A stretch of 64,000 bases of DNA from Vulcanimicrobiota bacterium (lineage in GTDB: Bacteria > Vulcanimicrobiota > Vulcanimicrobiia > Vulcanimicrobiales > Vulcanimicrobiaceae): assembly GCA_963714015.1 (NCBI GenBank), contig OY970223.1, forward strand, positions 32,001 to 96,000, given 5' to 3'. The notes under the pieces were generated by a model, which saw only the letters and a program-made list of their open reading frames with translations, did no database searches and had not been told where the DNA came from. The position numbers and the translations under genes are program-made. Below, piece after piece: positions 40,841-50,849 of the stretch (positions are counted from its first letter, which is position 1; every line of letters starts with the position of its first letter).

Positions 40841-41998
40841 TTATAAGACCTGGTAGAAGGCGAGCATCCCCGCGGCCATGTGGTCGGAATAGTGGCAATG
40901 GAAGAGCCAAATGCCGGGATTGTCGGGAACCATGTCGGCTTCGAGCATCTGCGCCGCGCCGATGTTGAGCACGTCAGTGCGGTGTCCTTGGAAGAGCACG
41001 GTATTCCCGTGCCAGTGCGGCGTGTGGAGGTTGAAACCATTGCCGAGGCTGATCACGTACCATCTAACGTGCTCCCCGCGGCGCATCACCATCTTCGGAC
41101 CCTCGCCATAGAGATAGCCGTTGATCGTGAATTTGAGGTTTCCGTCGGCGAAGCCGTGGCCCGTCAACGACACGCCGCCGCCGTCTTCGTCGAAGGCCAA
41201 CGTTTGGAGTTTGTCTTTCGATGTAAGATTCGGCGTGAATGTTCGCATGTTGCGATCGAGATACCAGCTCTGGTTCTCGTTGAACATCTCGAAATCCGCA
41301 ATGAACTCGCGGTCGACGTCTTTGGGAGTGCCGTCCGGACGCGCCATCCCCCGCCGGGAAATAATCATCGCGCCGACGAGGCCGGCATCGACGTCGCGCT
41401 GATCCTCCGTATGCGAGTGATAGAACCACACGACGGAACTCCCGTCTTCGGGCCCCGGACCGGCGCGTTCGGGCACTTGCCACGTGTAGGTGTAGATATG
41501 TCCTGGCGGAACCGCGCCGCCGATTTTGCTGGCGCCGCTCGAACCGTCGTCGTAGGCGCTGCCTTCATTCGCCTTCGTGTAAAAAACGCCGTGCGGATGA
41601 ACGCTGTACGGATGCGACCCGTTGTTTTTGAATACGACCTTGATGGTGTCGCCGACTTCGGCGTGGATGATCGGCCCAAGGATGCCGAGGTACTGCTGAT
41701 TAGCTGGGCGCGGTTTGAGGTGCTTGAACGTGCCGTCGGTGTACTCGCGATAAACGGCTTTCCAGTACTTGGCGCCGATTTCGTTGCGACTACGCACCGT
41801 ATACGCGTCGCCGATCTTCGTATAGGGCATGTTCATCATGGCGTCTTTGCCGAGGGGCGCGTAATTCCAGACGACTTCGTCGGCAGCGATGTAGTACGTC
41901 CGGACGTGGCCGCTTTGCGGCTTGGGTGCTGCGGCGAGCACGGCCGCTATGATAACGGCCAGGACCAAAAAGGGAAGAAAGAGGCTAATATAACGCAT
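40841..41998 (-). CDS. Secreted two-domain multicopper oxidase
   Basis: Signal peptide; HPHG, YHSH, HTPHWHG, HCHYSDHMAAGM copper ligands. Confidence 0.9.
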   Translation of the reverse strand: MRYISLFLPFLVLAVIIAAVLAAAPKPQSGHVRTYYIAADEVVWNYAPLGKDAMMNMPYTKIGDAYTVRSRNEIGAKYWKAVYREYTDGTFKHLKPRPANQQYLGILGPIIHAEVGDTIKVVFKNNGSHPYSVHPHGVFYTKANEGSAYDDGSSGASKIGGAVPPGHIYTYTWQVPERAGPGPEDGSSVVWFYHSHTEDQRDVDAGLVGAMIISRRGMARPDGTPKDVDREFIADFEMFNENQSWYLDRNMRTFTPNLTSKDKLQTLAFDEDGGGVSLTGHGFADGNLKFTINGYLYGEGPKMVMRRGEHVRWYVISLGNGFNLHTPHWHGNTVLFQGHRTDVLNIGAAQMLEADMVPDNPGIWLFHCHYSDHMAAGMLAFYQVL

Positions 41999-42377
41999 TT
42001 CGCACCTTTCACAGCGCGGCGGCGCCATGCTGTGGTTGGATTTAGCGTGTGCGGACGATAACCTCTGACAATAAACTCACGAAGCGCGGAAGCATAACGC
42101 TACCCGCAGCGACGTCGTCGCTGAGAGCGACCGTTGCCGTTTTCGCGGAGAAACAGCAGCCCAAAGCGCGATTCGGATTTTGCCGGCGTATAGCGATGCT
42201 TGGCGGTTTTAAGCAGAGATGAGTCGCGAGTTTTGCGGCAAGGCGGCGCCCGGCGTACCGGCGGCCAGGGCCGGGTACCTTAGTAGCACGAGGTAACTGC
42301 TATGAGATTCTTTCGTATTGTCGGATTAGTGCGAGCGCAGAGCGACGGTTCAAATGCCGACGTCGAGAAGATGCAGC

Positions 42378-43179
42378 ATGAACACTGGAACGCAAAATTC
42401 ACGCCCAATCGCCGGTGTCACCGGTGCTTCCAGCGGCATCGGACGCGCGCTTGCGGAGCAGTTCGCGAAAAACGGGTTCGATCTAGTCATCGCAGCAGAA
42501 GACGAAAACATCGACGCAGCAGCGGACGAGCTTCGGGCGCTGGGATGCAGCGTCTATCCGGTTCGGGCAGATCTTACGGAAGAAGCGGGCGTGGAAGAGT
42601 TTGCGGCCGCGCTGCGGCAGTACGGTCCGCCATATGCCGTGGCAATCAATGCGGGCATCGGCAGCAGCGGCCGATTCGCCGAGACGGAGCTGGAGCAAGA
42701 GTTACGTTTGGTGGATCTGAACTGCCGCTCCGTCGTGCATTTGGCAAAGCGCGTGGTGCAGATGATGAATGGCAGGGAAGGCCGCATCCTCGTGACCAGT
42801 TCCATAGCCTCACTCGCGCCGGGCCCCTACGAGGCCGTCTATTCCGCCTCCAAGGCCTTTGATTATTCATTTGCGCTTGCATTACGTCACGAGCTTCAAG
42901 AAACCGAAATCAGCGTAACGGCCCTCATGCCCGGTCCTACCGAAACAAATTTTTTCACGCGCGCGCACGCGGAGGATACAAAACTCGGGCAAGAGCCGAA
43001 AGACGATCCGCAGCTCGGTTGCCAAACAAGGCTATGAAGCCCTGATGTCGGGCAAGGACCACGTCATCGCCGGATCGATGAAGACGAAGATCCAGGGCGC
43101 GATTATGGGCGCGCTTCCCGACAAGGCGAGCGCCGCCATGCACGCGCAAGAATCGAAACCGGGATCGGCAAAAAAATGA
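42378..43179 (+). CDS. Short-chain dehydrogenase/reductase, frameshift near 43018
   Basis: TGASSGIG, NAG, YSASK, PGPTET; C-terminus VAKQGYEALMSGKDHVIAGS...* in next frame. Confidence 0.8.
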
Positions 43180-43950
43180 TGGAACGAAAAACATTCGTGG
43201 GCGTGGCCAGCGCTGCCTTAACGGCAGTCTTCAGTCTGGGACGGGCAGATGCCGCAAGTCCGGTCAGCGAGAAAGTCAAACGCAATCCGCAAACGGAGTA
43301 TCCGAAACCGCCATATCCGGAGCAGTCGTAGCCATGGCCCGGTCTTGCGAGCCGCATGACGCCTCGCCCCGATCACGGCGAACTCTCGTATCGCGGCAGC
43401 GGCAGGCTAACGGGCCGCAAAGCACTTATCACCGGCGGTGATTCCGGCATGGGCTCGCGCTGCGGCAGCCTGACGCGGCGGAAGTTCTGCAGTATGTCCG
43501 CTCCGCCGGACGCAGAGCCTTTGCACTGCCCGGCGATATTCGAAGCGAGTCGTTCTGCACGAACCTTGTGGATCGCGCCGCATAGCAGCTGGGCGGACTA
43601 CACATCGTCGTCAATTGCGCTGCGCGCCAGCAATCGCGCCAATCCATTGCCGATCTTACGACGGACGAGTTCGACTGGACGATGAAGACGAATCTGTATG
43701 CGATGTTCTGGCTAACCAAAGCGGCGCTCGAGCACATGGGTCCGGGTTCCGCGATCATCAATACTGCGTCGATTCAGGCCTACGATCCGTCGCCGAACCT
43801 GTTTCATTATTCAATGACCAAGGCCGCTATTGCGAATTTCACCAAAGCGATGGCCAAACAACTCGCATTAGCCGGGCGCGGAATTAGGATCAATGCGGTT
43901 GCTCCCGGCCCGATATGGACGCCGCTTCAAGTCAGTGGAGGACACCCTAC
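43179..43950 (+). pseudogene. YghA-like SDR pseudogene
   Basis: YPKPPYPEQS*PWPGL (in-frame stop), [26 protein letters not shown], internal deletion/frameshifts, YSMTK, NAVAPGPIWTPLQ then homology stops. Confidence 0.8.
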
Positions 43951-44021
43951 CAACCTTTATCAAGGCGGGAAATTCTCCAAACCACGGACTCGCAAAGCGA
44001 GCGCGACGCCGCGGACCCCTC

Positions 44022-44093
44022 GGTGTCTATACACGCAATTTCGCCCTGATTAGTACTTTTTAGGCAGCTCGAATGAGACCGCATTAGAACGCT
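44022..44093 (+). repeat. Very degenerate copy of the intergenic element
   Basis: CACGCAATTTCGCCCTGATTAG..TTTTT resembles CACGCATTTCACCCTAACTAG; one octamer ATTAGAAC. Confidence 0.35.
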
Positions 44094-44095
44094 GC

Positions 44096-44124
44096 TTGAC
44101 AAGGCATACCATGCCATGTATACT
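44096..44124 (+). promoter_or_regulatory. Near-consensus sigma70 promoter of PadR operon
   Basis: TTGACA-N17-TATACT. Confidence 0.75.
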
Positions 44125-44140
44125 GTGCCACACACACTAT

Positions 44141-44503
44141 ATGGTAACCACTACGGCCGTTTCTGCACCAGGGGAATCCGAACGCTTTGAGGCGCTGCGT
44201 CAAGAGCTGCGGCGGGGCTGCCTGGCGCTGGCCGTCCTGGCACAACTGCGCCGAGAGCATTACGGCTACACGTTGCGCAAGGCGCTCGACGATCTCGGTC
44301 TGGAGATCGACGAAGGCACCCTGTACCCGCTGCTGCGCCGACTCGAATCTCAGGGCCTACTCGAGAGCGAGTGGCGGGAGACCGACAAGCGCCGCAAGCG
44401 GTTCTACAAAATTTCATTGAGCGGTGAACGCGTGCTCACCATGCTCGAAGACGAATTCGCTCGCCTCAATGCGGCGCTTGCACGCATCATTCAGGAGGCT
44501 TGA
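44141..44503 (+). CDS. PadR family regulator
   Basis: QELRRG.L.LAVL..L....YGY.L...L....EGTLYPLLRRLE.QGLL.SEW...R.RFY. Confidence 0.92.
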   Translation: MVTTTAVSAPGESERFEALRQELRRGCLALAVLAQLRREHYGYTLRKALDDLGLEIDEGTLYPLLRRLESQGLLESEWRETDKRRKRFYKISLSGERVLTMLEDEFARLNAALARIIQEA

Positions 44504-45435
44504 GTACCGTGACCACGCTTGACCGTTATCTCGCCGCCGTGCAGCAGCATCTTCCCGAATCGCTCGACGATCGGCAGGGTATCGTGGACGAGCTCGCCGA
44601 CGCCATTCATTCCGATCTAGAGGATCGACAAGCGCTACTCGGACGGACGCTTACCGATGACGAGGTCTCGCATTTCATCAAAGGCTTCGGCCATCCGCGA
44701 TCGGTTGCGGCGCGTTATGCAAAGCAGCATGGGCTGGTCGATCGTGAAATCTTCCCTTTTTATGTCGACGTCTTGACGAAAATTCTCTCGTTTGCCATTC
44801 CAGCCGAACTTCTGATTTTCACGGCAATCGCCGTTGCTACGCGTGACATGGCGTGGTTCTGGCAAGGCTTCTCAACGGCGTGGCAATCGCTGCTTCTAAT
44901 CTCGGCGATCGTAACGATCCTCTTCGCGGTCTTCGAGCGCCTTCCTCAATACGAGCACCGGCTCGGCATGCTGGGCTGCGATTGGGACCCGCAGCGTCTT
45001 CCCGCATCCTATTCAGCACATCCGTCCAACGCGCGGGCAGGCGGGTTTGCCGCATTCTTCTTCAACGCAATCGCACTGCTGCTGCTGCTTCAGATTCCGT
45101 CGTTCGGAGTCTCCTGGCTCGCGTTCGTAATGACGCCATCATGGCATCCCCTGTACGTTTTCGCGATCATCGCGACGGGCGCGACGGCGCTTACCGGTTT
45201 GCTGATCCTTGCGCTGCCGAGGGTCGCCCCTGTACGAGATTGGGCGGCCATTGCAGTCAACGCCCTCCTTATCGTCGGATGCGCTATCGCGCTGCACGGC
45301 GTATGGACGACAAGCAGCATCGCGGTCGTCGTCACGCTGGTTGCCGCAATCGCAATACTCGCGTTCTACGGTGCGGCGAGTTTTCGGAGCGTCGCCACGC
45401 CGGCGTGGAACCAAAGGCGCCAACCAGACCTCTAG
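44500..45435 (+). CDS. PadR-associated membrane protein (HAAS-like N-terminus)
   Basis: LDRYLAAV..HLP....IVDEL...I...FGHP..VAARY then multiple TMs; overlaps PadR stop. Confidence 0.75.
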   Translation: MSTVTTLDRYLAAVQQHLPESLDDRQGIVDELADAIHSDLEDRQALLGRTLTDDEVSHFIKGFGHPRSVAARYAKQHGLVDREIFPFYVDVLTKILSFAIPAELLIFTAIAVATRDMAWFWQGFSTAWQSLLLISAIVTILFAVFERLPQYEHRLGMLGCDWDPQRLPASYSAHPSNARAGGFAAFFFNAIALLLLLQIPSFGVSWLAFVMTPSWHPLYVFAIIATGATALTGLLILALPRVAPVRDWAAIAVNALLIVGCAIALHGVWTTSSIAVVVTLVAAIAILAFYGAASFRSVATPAWNQRRQPDL

Positions 45436-45494
45436 AAACAGCGGCAAGGGAGCGTCGACGAGTTAAGCTGCGCCTTTGCGAACGCGTCGTCCGG

Positions 45495-45983
45495 CTACTT
45501 AAGTGCGTCGCGCAACGCGCGTCTCAGATCACCCATGCCTGGATAAACGAAGTTATCGATCTTCAACCCTGAGGAAGTATGAACCACTATAACCCGCACC
45601 ATGGTGCTGCCGTTACCGCCCGAAAGCCGCACGCGCACCTGAACCGCGCTCGTTCCACGATTGGAAGAGCTGCCGATCGCGTAAGAAGCCGGCTCGGCCT
45701 GCGCTCCGCTGAAAGGATCGAAATCGAGCATTTGCGCCTGTTCTTGACGTTCTTTGCTGACGAGTTTCTCGAGCGAAGCATAGAGCGACGGCGTTAAGTA
45801 AGCGCGTGCGCCGGAAATGTTTGTCCAATCTCCATGCGTGGCTAAATACCACGTGTAAAAGGCATTGACGACGCGAACCGCTCCGGAAGTTTGGGCGTAC
45901 GCGATGCGGCCTCCAAAAACGGCAATCGCGATCAACACGAAAGCGGTGAAGAGCGGGTGAATTCGAACGCGCATTTGCTTCAA
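45495..45983 (-). CDS. Secreted DUF3828-like protein
   Basis: Signal peptide; VNAFYTWY, YLTPSL, LDFDPF..AQ, LKIDN. Confidence 0.65.
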   Translation of the reverse strand: MKQMRVRIHPLFTAFVLIAIAVFGGRIAYAQTSGAVRVVNAFYTWYLATHGDWTNISGARAYLTPSLYASLEKLVSKERQEQAQMLDFDPFSGAQAEPASYAIGSSSNRGTSAVQVRVRLSGGNGSTMVRVIVVHTSSGLKIDNFVYPGMGDLRRALRDALK

Positions 45984-46162
45984 CGATAGGCGCCTAAATC
46001 GGTCACGGCAAGGGCCACTTGCACTACGTCGGCGACACGCACGGAACGTTACTCAGGACGCCGCGCGGCCGTTGTAGCGTCCGTGATGTTTATACGGTAC
46101 TCCGAGCTGACTCATGAACGCCTCATAGCGCGTCCACATTCTAGACGGGCATACCCCGCGGT

Positions 46163-47953
46163 TCATATTCCGGCGTGGCGAAGCGAGTCGAGGACTTCGC
46201 GCATTAACGCTGCATCGTGCTTGAGCAGAACGTTTTCCGCGTGCATTTCGCTGAGTTCGCTGGAAAGCGCGGCGGCACGGATATGTTCGTATGCGCCTGC
46301 GGCAGCCTGACAGAGTTGCTCGAGCACGCGTTTCTCGTCACCGTCGATCGCCTCGCCGCCGGCGTGGCCGCCGTACAATACGAAGCCGCAGAGCCGGTGA
46401 CGTACGATGAGCGGTACAGCCAAAAGCGGATGCTCCAGGCCGGCGGGCAGGCTGTCCGTTCGAAGGTCCGCTATCGCGATCGTTTGCAGTTCCGCGCGAA
46501 GCGTGAGTGCGAGACGATCCCCGGATGAAAACGATTGCGCATCGCCGTGCGCCCATCCGCGCGAGCAGACGCGTTCGAACCGTCCGGCCGTAACCTCACG
46601 GAAAACTGCCGCCGATGCGAGCGAGAAAGCGTCCGCGGCCTCATCCACCAGCGTTTGGTCGACGAACGCCGCAGTTTCGGCATGCGAGAGAGCGCGCGCC
46701 TCACGCTGGACGCGCGCTTCGGCTAAGTGCCGCCGGCGGAACAGCACGCGATCGACGAACCGATCGACGCGCGCGTGAAGCGTATTGAGCCAGACACCAA
46801 ACGCGAGCGCCACAACTGCCTCGAGCACCAGTGCGATTTGCAGATGCTCCAAAAATCTGGATGAAAGAAAATCAACGAGCGCAAACGCGCCGACAACGAT
46901 ACCGGTGAGTATCGAGTACACGACTGTCCGACTGACCGCAAACGACACATCAATGACGCGGTGGCGCACGATACCGTAAGCAACTGCCGCAGCGAGTGCG
47001 ATCATAGCTAGCGCCATCATCGCGCACAATGAAAACATCACGGCTTGCTCCGTCACGGCGGCGCGCGTAATCTGATATAGCATGCGAGATGCGACGAAAA
47101 GCGCGTACGCCGCGAGCACCGGAATGATGCGCTGCCGTTCGCTGCCGACGGATGCATACGCTGACATCGCAAGCACGCAAATTGCGACGATCGTCAGCGC
47201 GATGTCAAGGTAGATTTGGTAGACCGCGACGGCTAGCGCAAGCGGCGGGACGGGGCCAAGCAAGGCAAGCGTTACATAAATCGTCTCGAGTGCTACCGCG
47301 GCGCCGATGGCCGGCGCGGCGCGGTCCAGTGCTGCAATCGCGCCGCGCGGCCGGTCGTACGGAAAACGGCAGACGAAGATGATGATTCCGGCCGCGGATA
47401 ATCCGCGAATCAGATCGACGGCAACATTCGCCAGCAAATATGCGCCCACACCGCGGTGTCCGTAATCGAAGGCTGCTGCCTGCGGAAGTGCAAAGACCAG
47501 CGTGGAAAGCAAAAATGCCCACGTCATGCGCGATGGCCGCAAGTACACGAGCGCGAGCGCGAAGAGCGCAAACAGTTGACCGACAAGATGCGAGATGTGC
47601 TGCACCGCGTTTACCGCGGGGTCCCACGCACGCGCCGGAACGGAAATTGTGCGTGTTTCGCTGCCCGGGTGCGCGATACTGAACGTGAGGCGCTGCCCTT
47701 GACGCAGCTGCTGCACGAGCACGGCGTTCGCGCGGCCCATTACCGGCAAACGCAACCAATCGATTTTGTCGCCCGCCCGCACGCCGGCGTCCGCAATTGC
47801 GCCGCGGCGCGTCACATACGAGACGGTCGTGGCATCGCTCCCGACATTCCAGCCGAGCGGGCCGTATGCGACGTTCCAAGTGCCGAGCTCAACGGCAATG
47901 CACAACCCAACGCAGCATGCGAACAGCGCTAAGATTGCCGATCGGATGGCCAT
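46163..47953 (-). CDS. PDZ-like + multi-TM + GAF-like membrane protein (paralog 2)
   Basis: ADAGVRAGDKI; YGIVRHRVIDVSFAVSRTVVY; HARVDRFVDRVLFRRR; LYGGHAGGEAIDGDE. Confidence 0.8.
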   Translation of the reverse strand: MAIRSAILALFACCVGLCIAVELGTWNVAYGPLGWNVGSDATTVSYVTRRGAIADAGVRAGDKIDWLRLPVMGRANAVLVQQLRQGQRLTFSIAHPGSETRTISVPARAWDPAVNAVQHISHLVGQLFALFALALVYLRPSRMTWAFLLSTLVFALPQAAAFDYGHRGVGAYLLANVAVDLIRGLSAAGIIIFVCRFPYDRPRGAIAALDRAAPAIGAAVALETIYVTLALLGPVPPLALAVAVYQIYLDIALTIVAICVLAMSAYASVGSERQRIIPVLAAYALFVASRMLYQITRAAVTEQAVMFSLCAMMALAMIALAAAVAYGIVRHRVIDVSFAVSRTVVYSILTGIVVGAFALVDFLSSRFLEHLQIALVLEAVVALAFGVWLNTLHARVDRFVDRVLFRRRHLAEARVQREARALSHAETAAFVDQTLVDEAADAFSLASAAVFREVTAGRFERVCSRGWAHGDAQSFSSGDRLALTLRAELQTIAIADLRTDSLPAGLEHPLLAVPLIVRHRLCGFVLYGGHAGGEAIDGDEKRVLEQLCQAAAGAYEHIRAAALSSELSEMHAENVLLKHDAALMREVLDSLRHAGI

Positions 47954-48094
47954 ACAGCACGGTATTCGGTTGCACGGGACCTCCGCCCTACGGCCAAAGG
48001 GCGGACCAGCAACCGTGGATGATTGCACCTATTTTTTGTGCTGAATAATGATCGATCTGGATTGATCGATTTGGGAACAGCCCAGTTTACTCTT

Positions 48095-48222
48095 TGAGAC
48101 TACTTCCCTTAACGCACGGTTTTTCGTCAGTTAGGCTAGGCAGCACTAAAAGGGACGTAGTCTCATCTTTTAGGCGCATTTCACACGAACTAGCAGTCTT
48201 GGCGTGGATTTCACCCTAACGA
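48095..48222 (+). repeat. Intergenic element copy with internal 16-bp inverted repeat
   Basis: GACGTAGTCTCATCTTTTAGGCGC, boxes at 48178 and 48208; TGAGACTACTTCCCTT/AAGGGACGTAGTCTCA. Confidence 0.75.
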
Positions 48223-48301
48223 CCGGCGCCCCACCCCGAGGACCTTTGGCCCATGTCAGCCGGCGCGATGAAAGTTCAAACGCCGACGCGAAGGCTACGT
48301 C

Positions 48302-49816
48302 ATGTGGAACCGCATGCTGCCGCTTATTTCGTGGTTCCTGGGTGCTGTGGTCGTCTCGACTCAGATCGCTAATCAGATCGCCCTCTTTGCCTACGATGAC
48401 GGCCACGTCACGCTTGCGCAGAAGTTCCTCGGCTTTTACGGCTTCACTGACGCCTTATTCGCGAGCTGCGCAATCGTGATCGCGGCGTGGCTGGTCACCG
48501 TTCGTCCGGGATGGATGACTTTCTCGCTATTCCTGGCATCGCTCAACGCCGCCGATTCCTTTTTGGGAGGTCTCCCCATATCGCCCGCGGCCAGCGATGC
48601 CATCCATTTCATCTCCACGATTCTGACGCATAACGGCTTCTGGCCGGCTCTAATTATTTTTGCTCTTCGCTTCCCCGATGACAATACGCGAGGATGGCGA
48701 GTTCGTGCGGATCGCTTTGCGTTCGCAGTATCCATTGCCGCTGAAAGCTTTCTCATCGCAAACGAGCTCCACGAGTATCCGAAAACACTCCACGGCAGTT
48801 TTTCGGGCGAGTCCGTGATGGCGTATTTTTCGGCGGCATGGCTGCTGATCGCCGGCGGCATCCTCATCGCCCGTTACCGGGAGGGCGCGGGGCGCACGCA
48901 AATGCAAATCCGGCTCGCTCTTTTTGGCATGGTCGCCGGCCTGTGCTATCTCGTATACGCGATGTTTCTGATCGCCGTTCGCGTCCCGGTCGTCGGCTAT
49001 GGAACCGCATTTGGATTGTGGGCAGGATTCGGGTCGGCAGCCATTGCCATAATTCCGGCGTGCACGGCATATGCGCTCGTCAAAAGCAGTTACATCGATC
49101 CACTATTCGTCCTCAATCGAGCTACGGTATTCGCTGCGACGGCAGTCTCGCTCGGCGCGTCCATCGCCGGCGTCGATTGGCTCATTGAACATTACCTTAC
49201 AGAGACTGGAACGGCACTTGCGCTGCAGGCGATTGCGACAATCGTGCTGGCGCTCATAATGAATACGGTGCACCGGCGCATTGAGACCGTTGTGGAGCGA
49301 ACCTTGTTTCGTTCGAGGTACGACGCAGCTCGATACCTGCGCCGCCTTGGCGCATCGCTGGCCCTGGCTTCGAATGAATCCATAATCGAGGAAGCCCTGG
49401 CGATTCAGGCCTCGGAATCTTTGGGGCTCGCCTCGGCAGCGTTGTTTCGCCGCAACGGCGGCAGTGAATACACCCGCGTAGCCGCCGCCGGTTGGCGTCC
49501 AACAGATGCGGGGTGCCTGGAGGCCGACGACCAGCTCGTGCGCTTTTTGCGCTCCGCGCGCTCGCCGTTGAAGATACGGGAGGCCCGCTGGTCACGCAGC
49601 GATGTTCCCCAGGGAAGCCATGCGCCGGTGATTGCGATCCCGTTGATTGTGCGCGAGCAGATGGCGGGATTTGTGCTCTACGGCGCACATACGGATCACA
49701 GCAAGATCGATTCGGTCGAAGAGCAGCATCTGGTCGATCTCATCGATCGCGCGTGCTCCGCATTCGATCATGTAGAAAATTCGGAGCTCCGTGCATTATT
49801 AGCGACATCGCACTGA
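48302..49816 (+). CDS. Multi-TM + GAF-like membrane protein (paralog 3)
   Basis: FALRFPDD; YALVKSSYIDPLFVLNRATVF; HRRIETVVERTLFRSR; LYGAHTDHSKIDSVE. Confidence 0.8.
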   Translation: MWNRMLPLISWFLGAVVVSTQIANQIALFAYDDGHVTLAQKFLGFYGFTDALFASCAIVIAAWLVTVRPGWMTFSLFLASLNAADSFLGGLPISPAASDAIHFISTILTHNGFWPALIIFALRFPDDNTRGWRVRADRFAFAVSIAAESFLIANELHEYPKTLHGSFSGESVMAYFSAAWLLIAGGILIARYREGAGRTQMQIRLALFGMVAGLCYLVYAMFLIAVRVPVVGYGTAFGLWAGFGSAAIAIIPACTAYALVKSSYIDPLFVLNRATVFAATAVSLGASIAGVDWLIEHYLTETGTALALQAIATIVLALIMNTVHRRIETVVERTLFRSRYDAARYLRRLGASLALASNESIIEEALAIQASESLGLASAALFRRNGGSEYTRVAAAGWRPTDAGCLEADDQLVRFLRSARSPLKIREARWSRSDVPQGSHAPVIAIPLIVREQMAGFVLYGAHTDHSKIDSVEEQHLVDLIDRACSAFDHVENSELRALLATSH

Positions 49817-49842
49817 AACCGTAACCAGTAGGCAATCGAAGC

Positions 49843-49913
49843 GCTGGAATGCCGGAACGCTAGAACGCTAAAACGGCGTTGTCTCACGTTTAGCGCTATT
49901 TCACTTTAACAGC
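49843..49913 (+). repeat. Intergenic element copy (4 octamers + core + one box)
   Basis: GCTGGAAT GCCGGAAC GCTAGAAC GCTAAAAC GGCGTTGTCTCAC GTTTAGCGCT ATTTCACTTTAAC. Confidence 0.85.
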
Positions 49914-49934
49914 CATTCTCTCCCTACCAACCTT

Positions 49935-50490
49935 GTGAGCGCGGCACGGCTCGCGCTTGCCGCTGCAGTGCTCTACGCGGTCCTGAAGCGCCGGGTGTTC
50001 GACCTTTCGTTTGCCGTCAGCAAGACGCTGGTCTACCGATCATCACCTCGCTCGCCGTCGGCGCCTTCGTTCTTATTGCTCGAAGTGTGCGTCGCCTTGG
50101 GCTTCGGGATTTGGCTGAACGCGATGCATAACGGCATCGATCACTTCGTCGACCGCGTACTGTTCCGCCGGCGGCATCTCGCCGAGGTCACGATCGAAAC
50201 GTGCGATGCGCTGGATCTTTCGTCGGCTGCAGTATTCCGCAAAGACGGCGAACGCACTTCAAGCGATTTACTTCACTTGGATGGATTCGCAGCACGCAGT
50301 GGCAACCGCCGGTGAGAACCTTCGTGGTTCGACATGAAGTCGAGGGCTTTTTGCTTTAGGGCGCGCACAACGGCGGCCAAGCCGTCGACCCGGACGAGCA
50401 GCGAGTGCTCGAATGTTTGACGCAAGCCGCTGTCCCGACCGTACGAATATCTGCGCGCGAAAGCATTCCAGGGCGATGCACGCGCACTAC
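49935..50490 (+). pseudogene. Decayed fragment of the TM-GAF family (paralog 4)
   Basis: YAVLKRRVFDLSFAVSKTLVY; HNGIDHFVDRVLFRRRHLAE; GFLL*GAHNGGQAVDPDEQRVLE; deletions, no N-terminus. Confidence 0.8.
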
Positions 50491-50707
50491 GCGCCGAAAT
50501 GCCACAGCACCGCTAGACACGTTCTGATGTAGCGCGACCGACAGATGGTGCAGGATTTGCTTTGGTGCGGTCGAGCGATACGAGCGCACGCGAGAGACTG
50601 GATAAGAAGGGCCGGCCAAAAACGGCCGAGCCTTCAAAAAGCCCCGTGTTGCCAGATAGTTTTGGGTGTCTTGCGCCTCTATCTTGACATTTATAGAATT
50701 ACGAGGT

Positions 50708-50786
50708 CCTAGAACGGCGTTCTCTCACCTTTTAGGAGAATTTCACTCTAACTAGCCGTTTTTGCACGCATTTCACCCTAACTGCG
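50708..50786 (+). repeat. Intergenic element copy (1 octamer + core + two boxes)
   Basis: CCTAGAAC GGCGTTCTCTCAC CTTTTAGG; boxes at 50740 and 50770. Confidence 0.85.
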
Positions 50787-50849
50787 TTTTTTTCACGTTG
50801 CCAGTCAAGAAAATAGGGCTCCCGAACCCGCCACGTCGAAAACCCTTAA

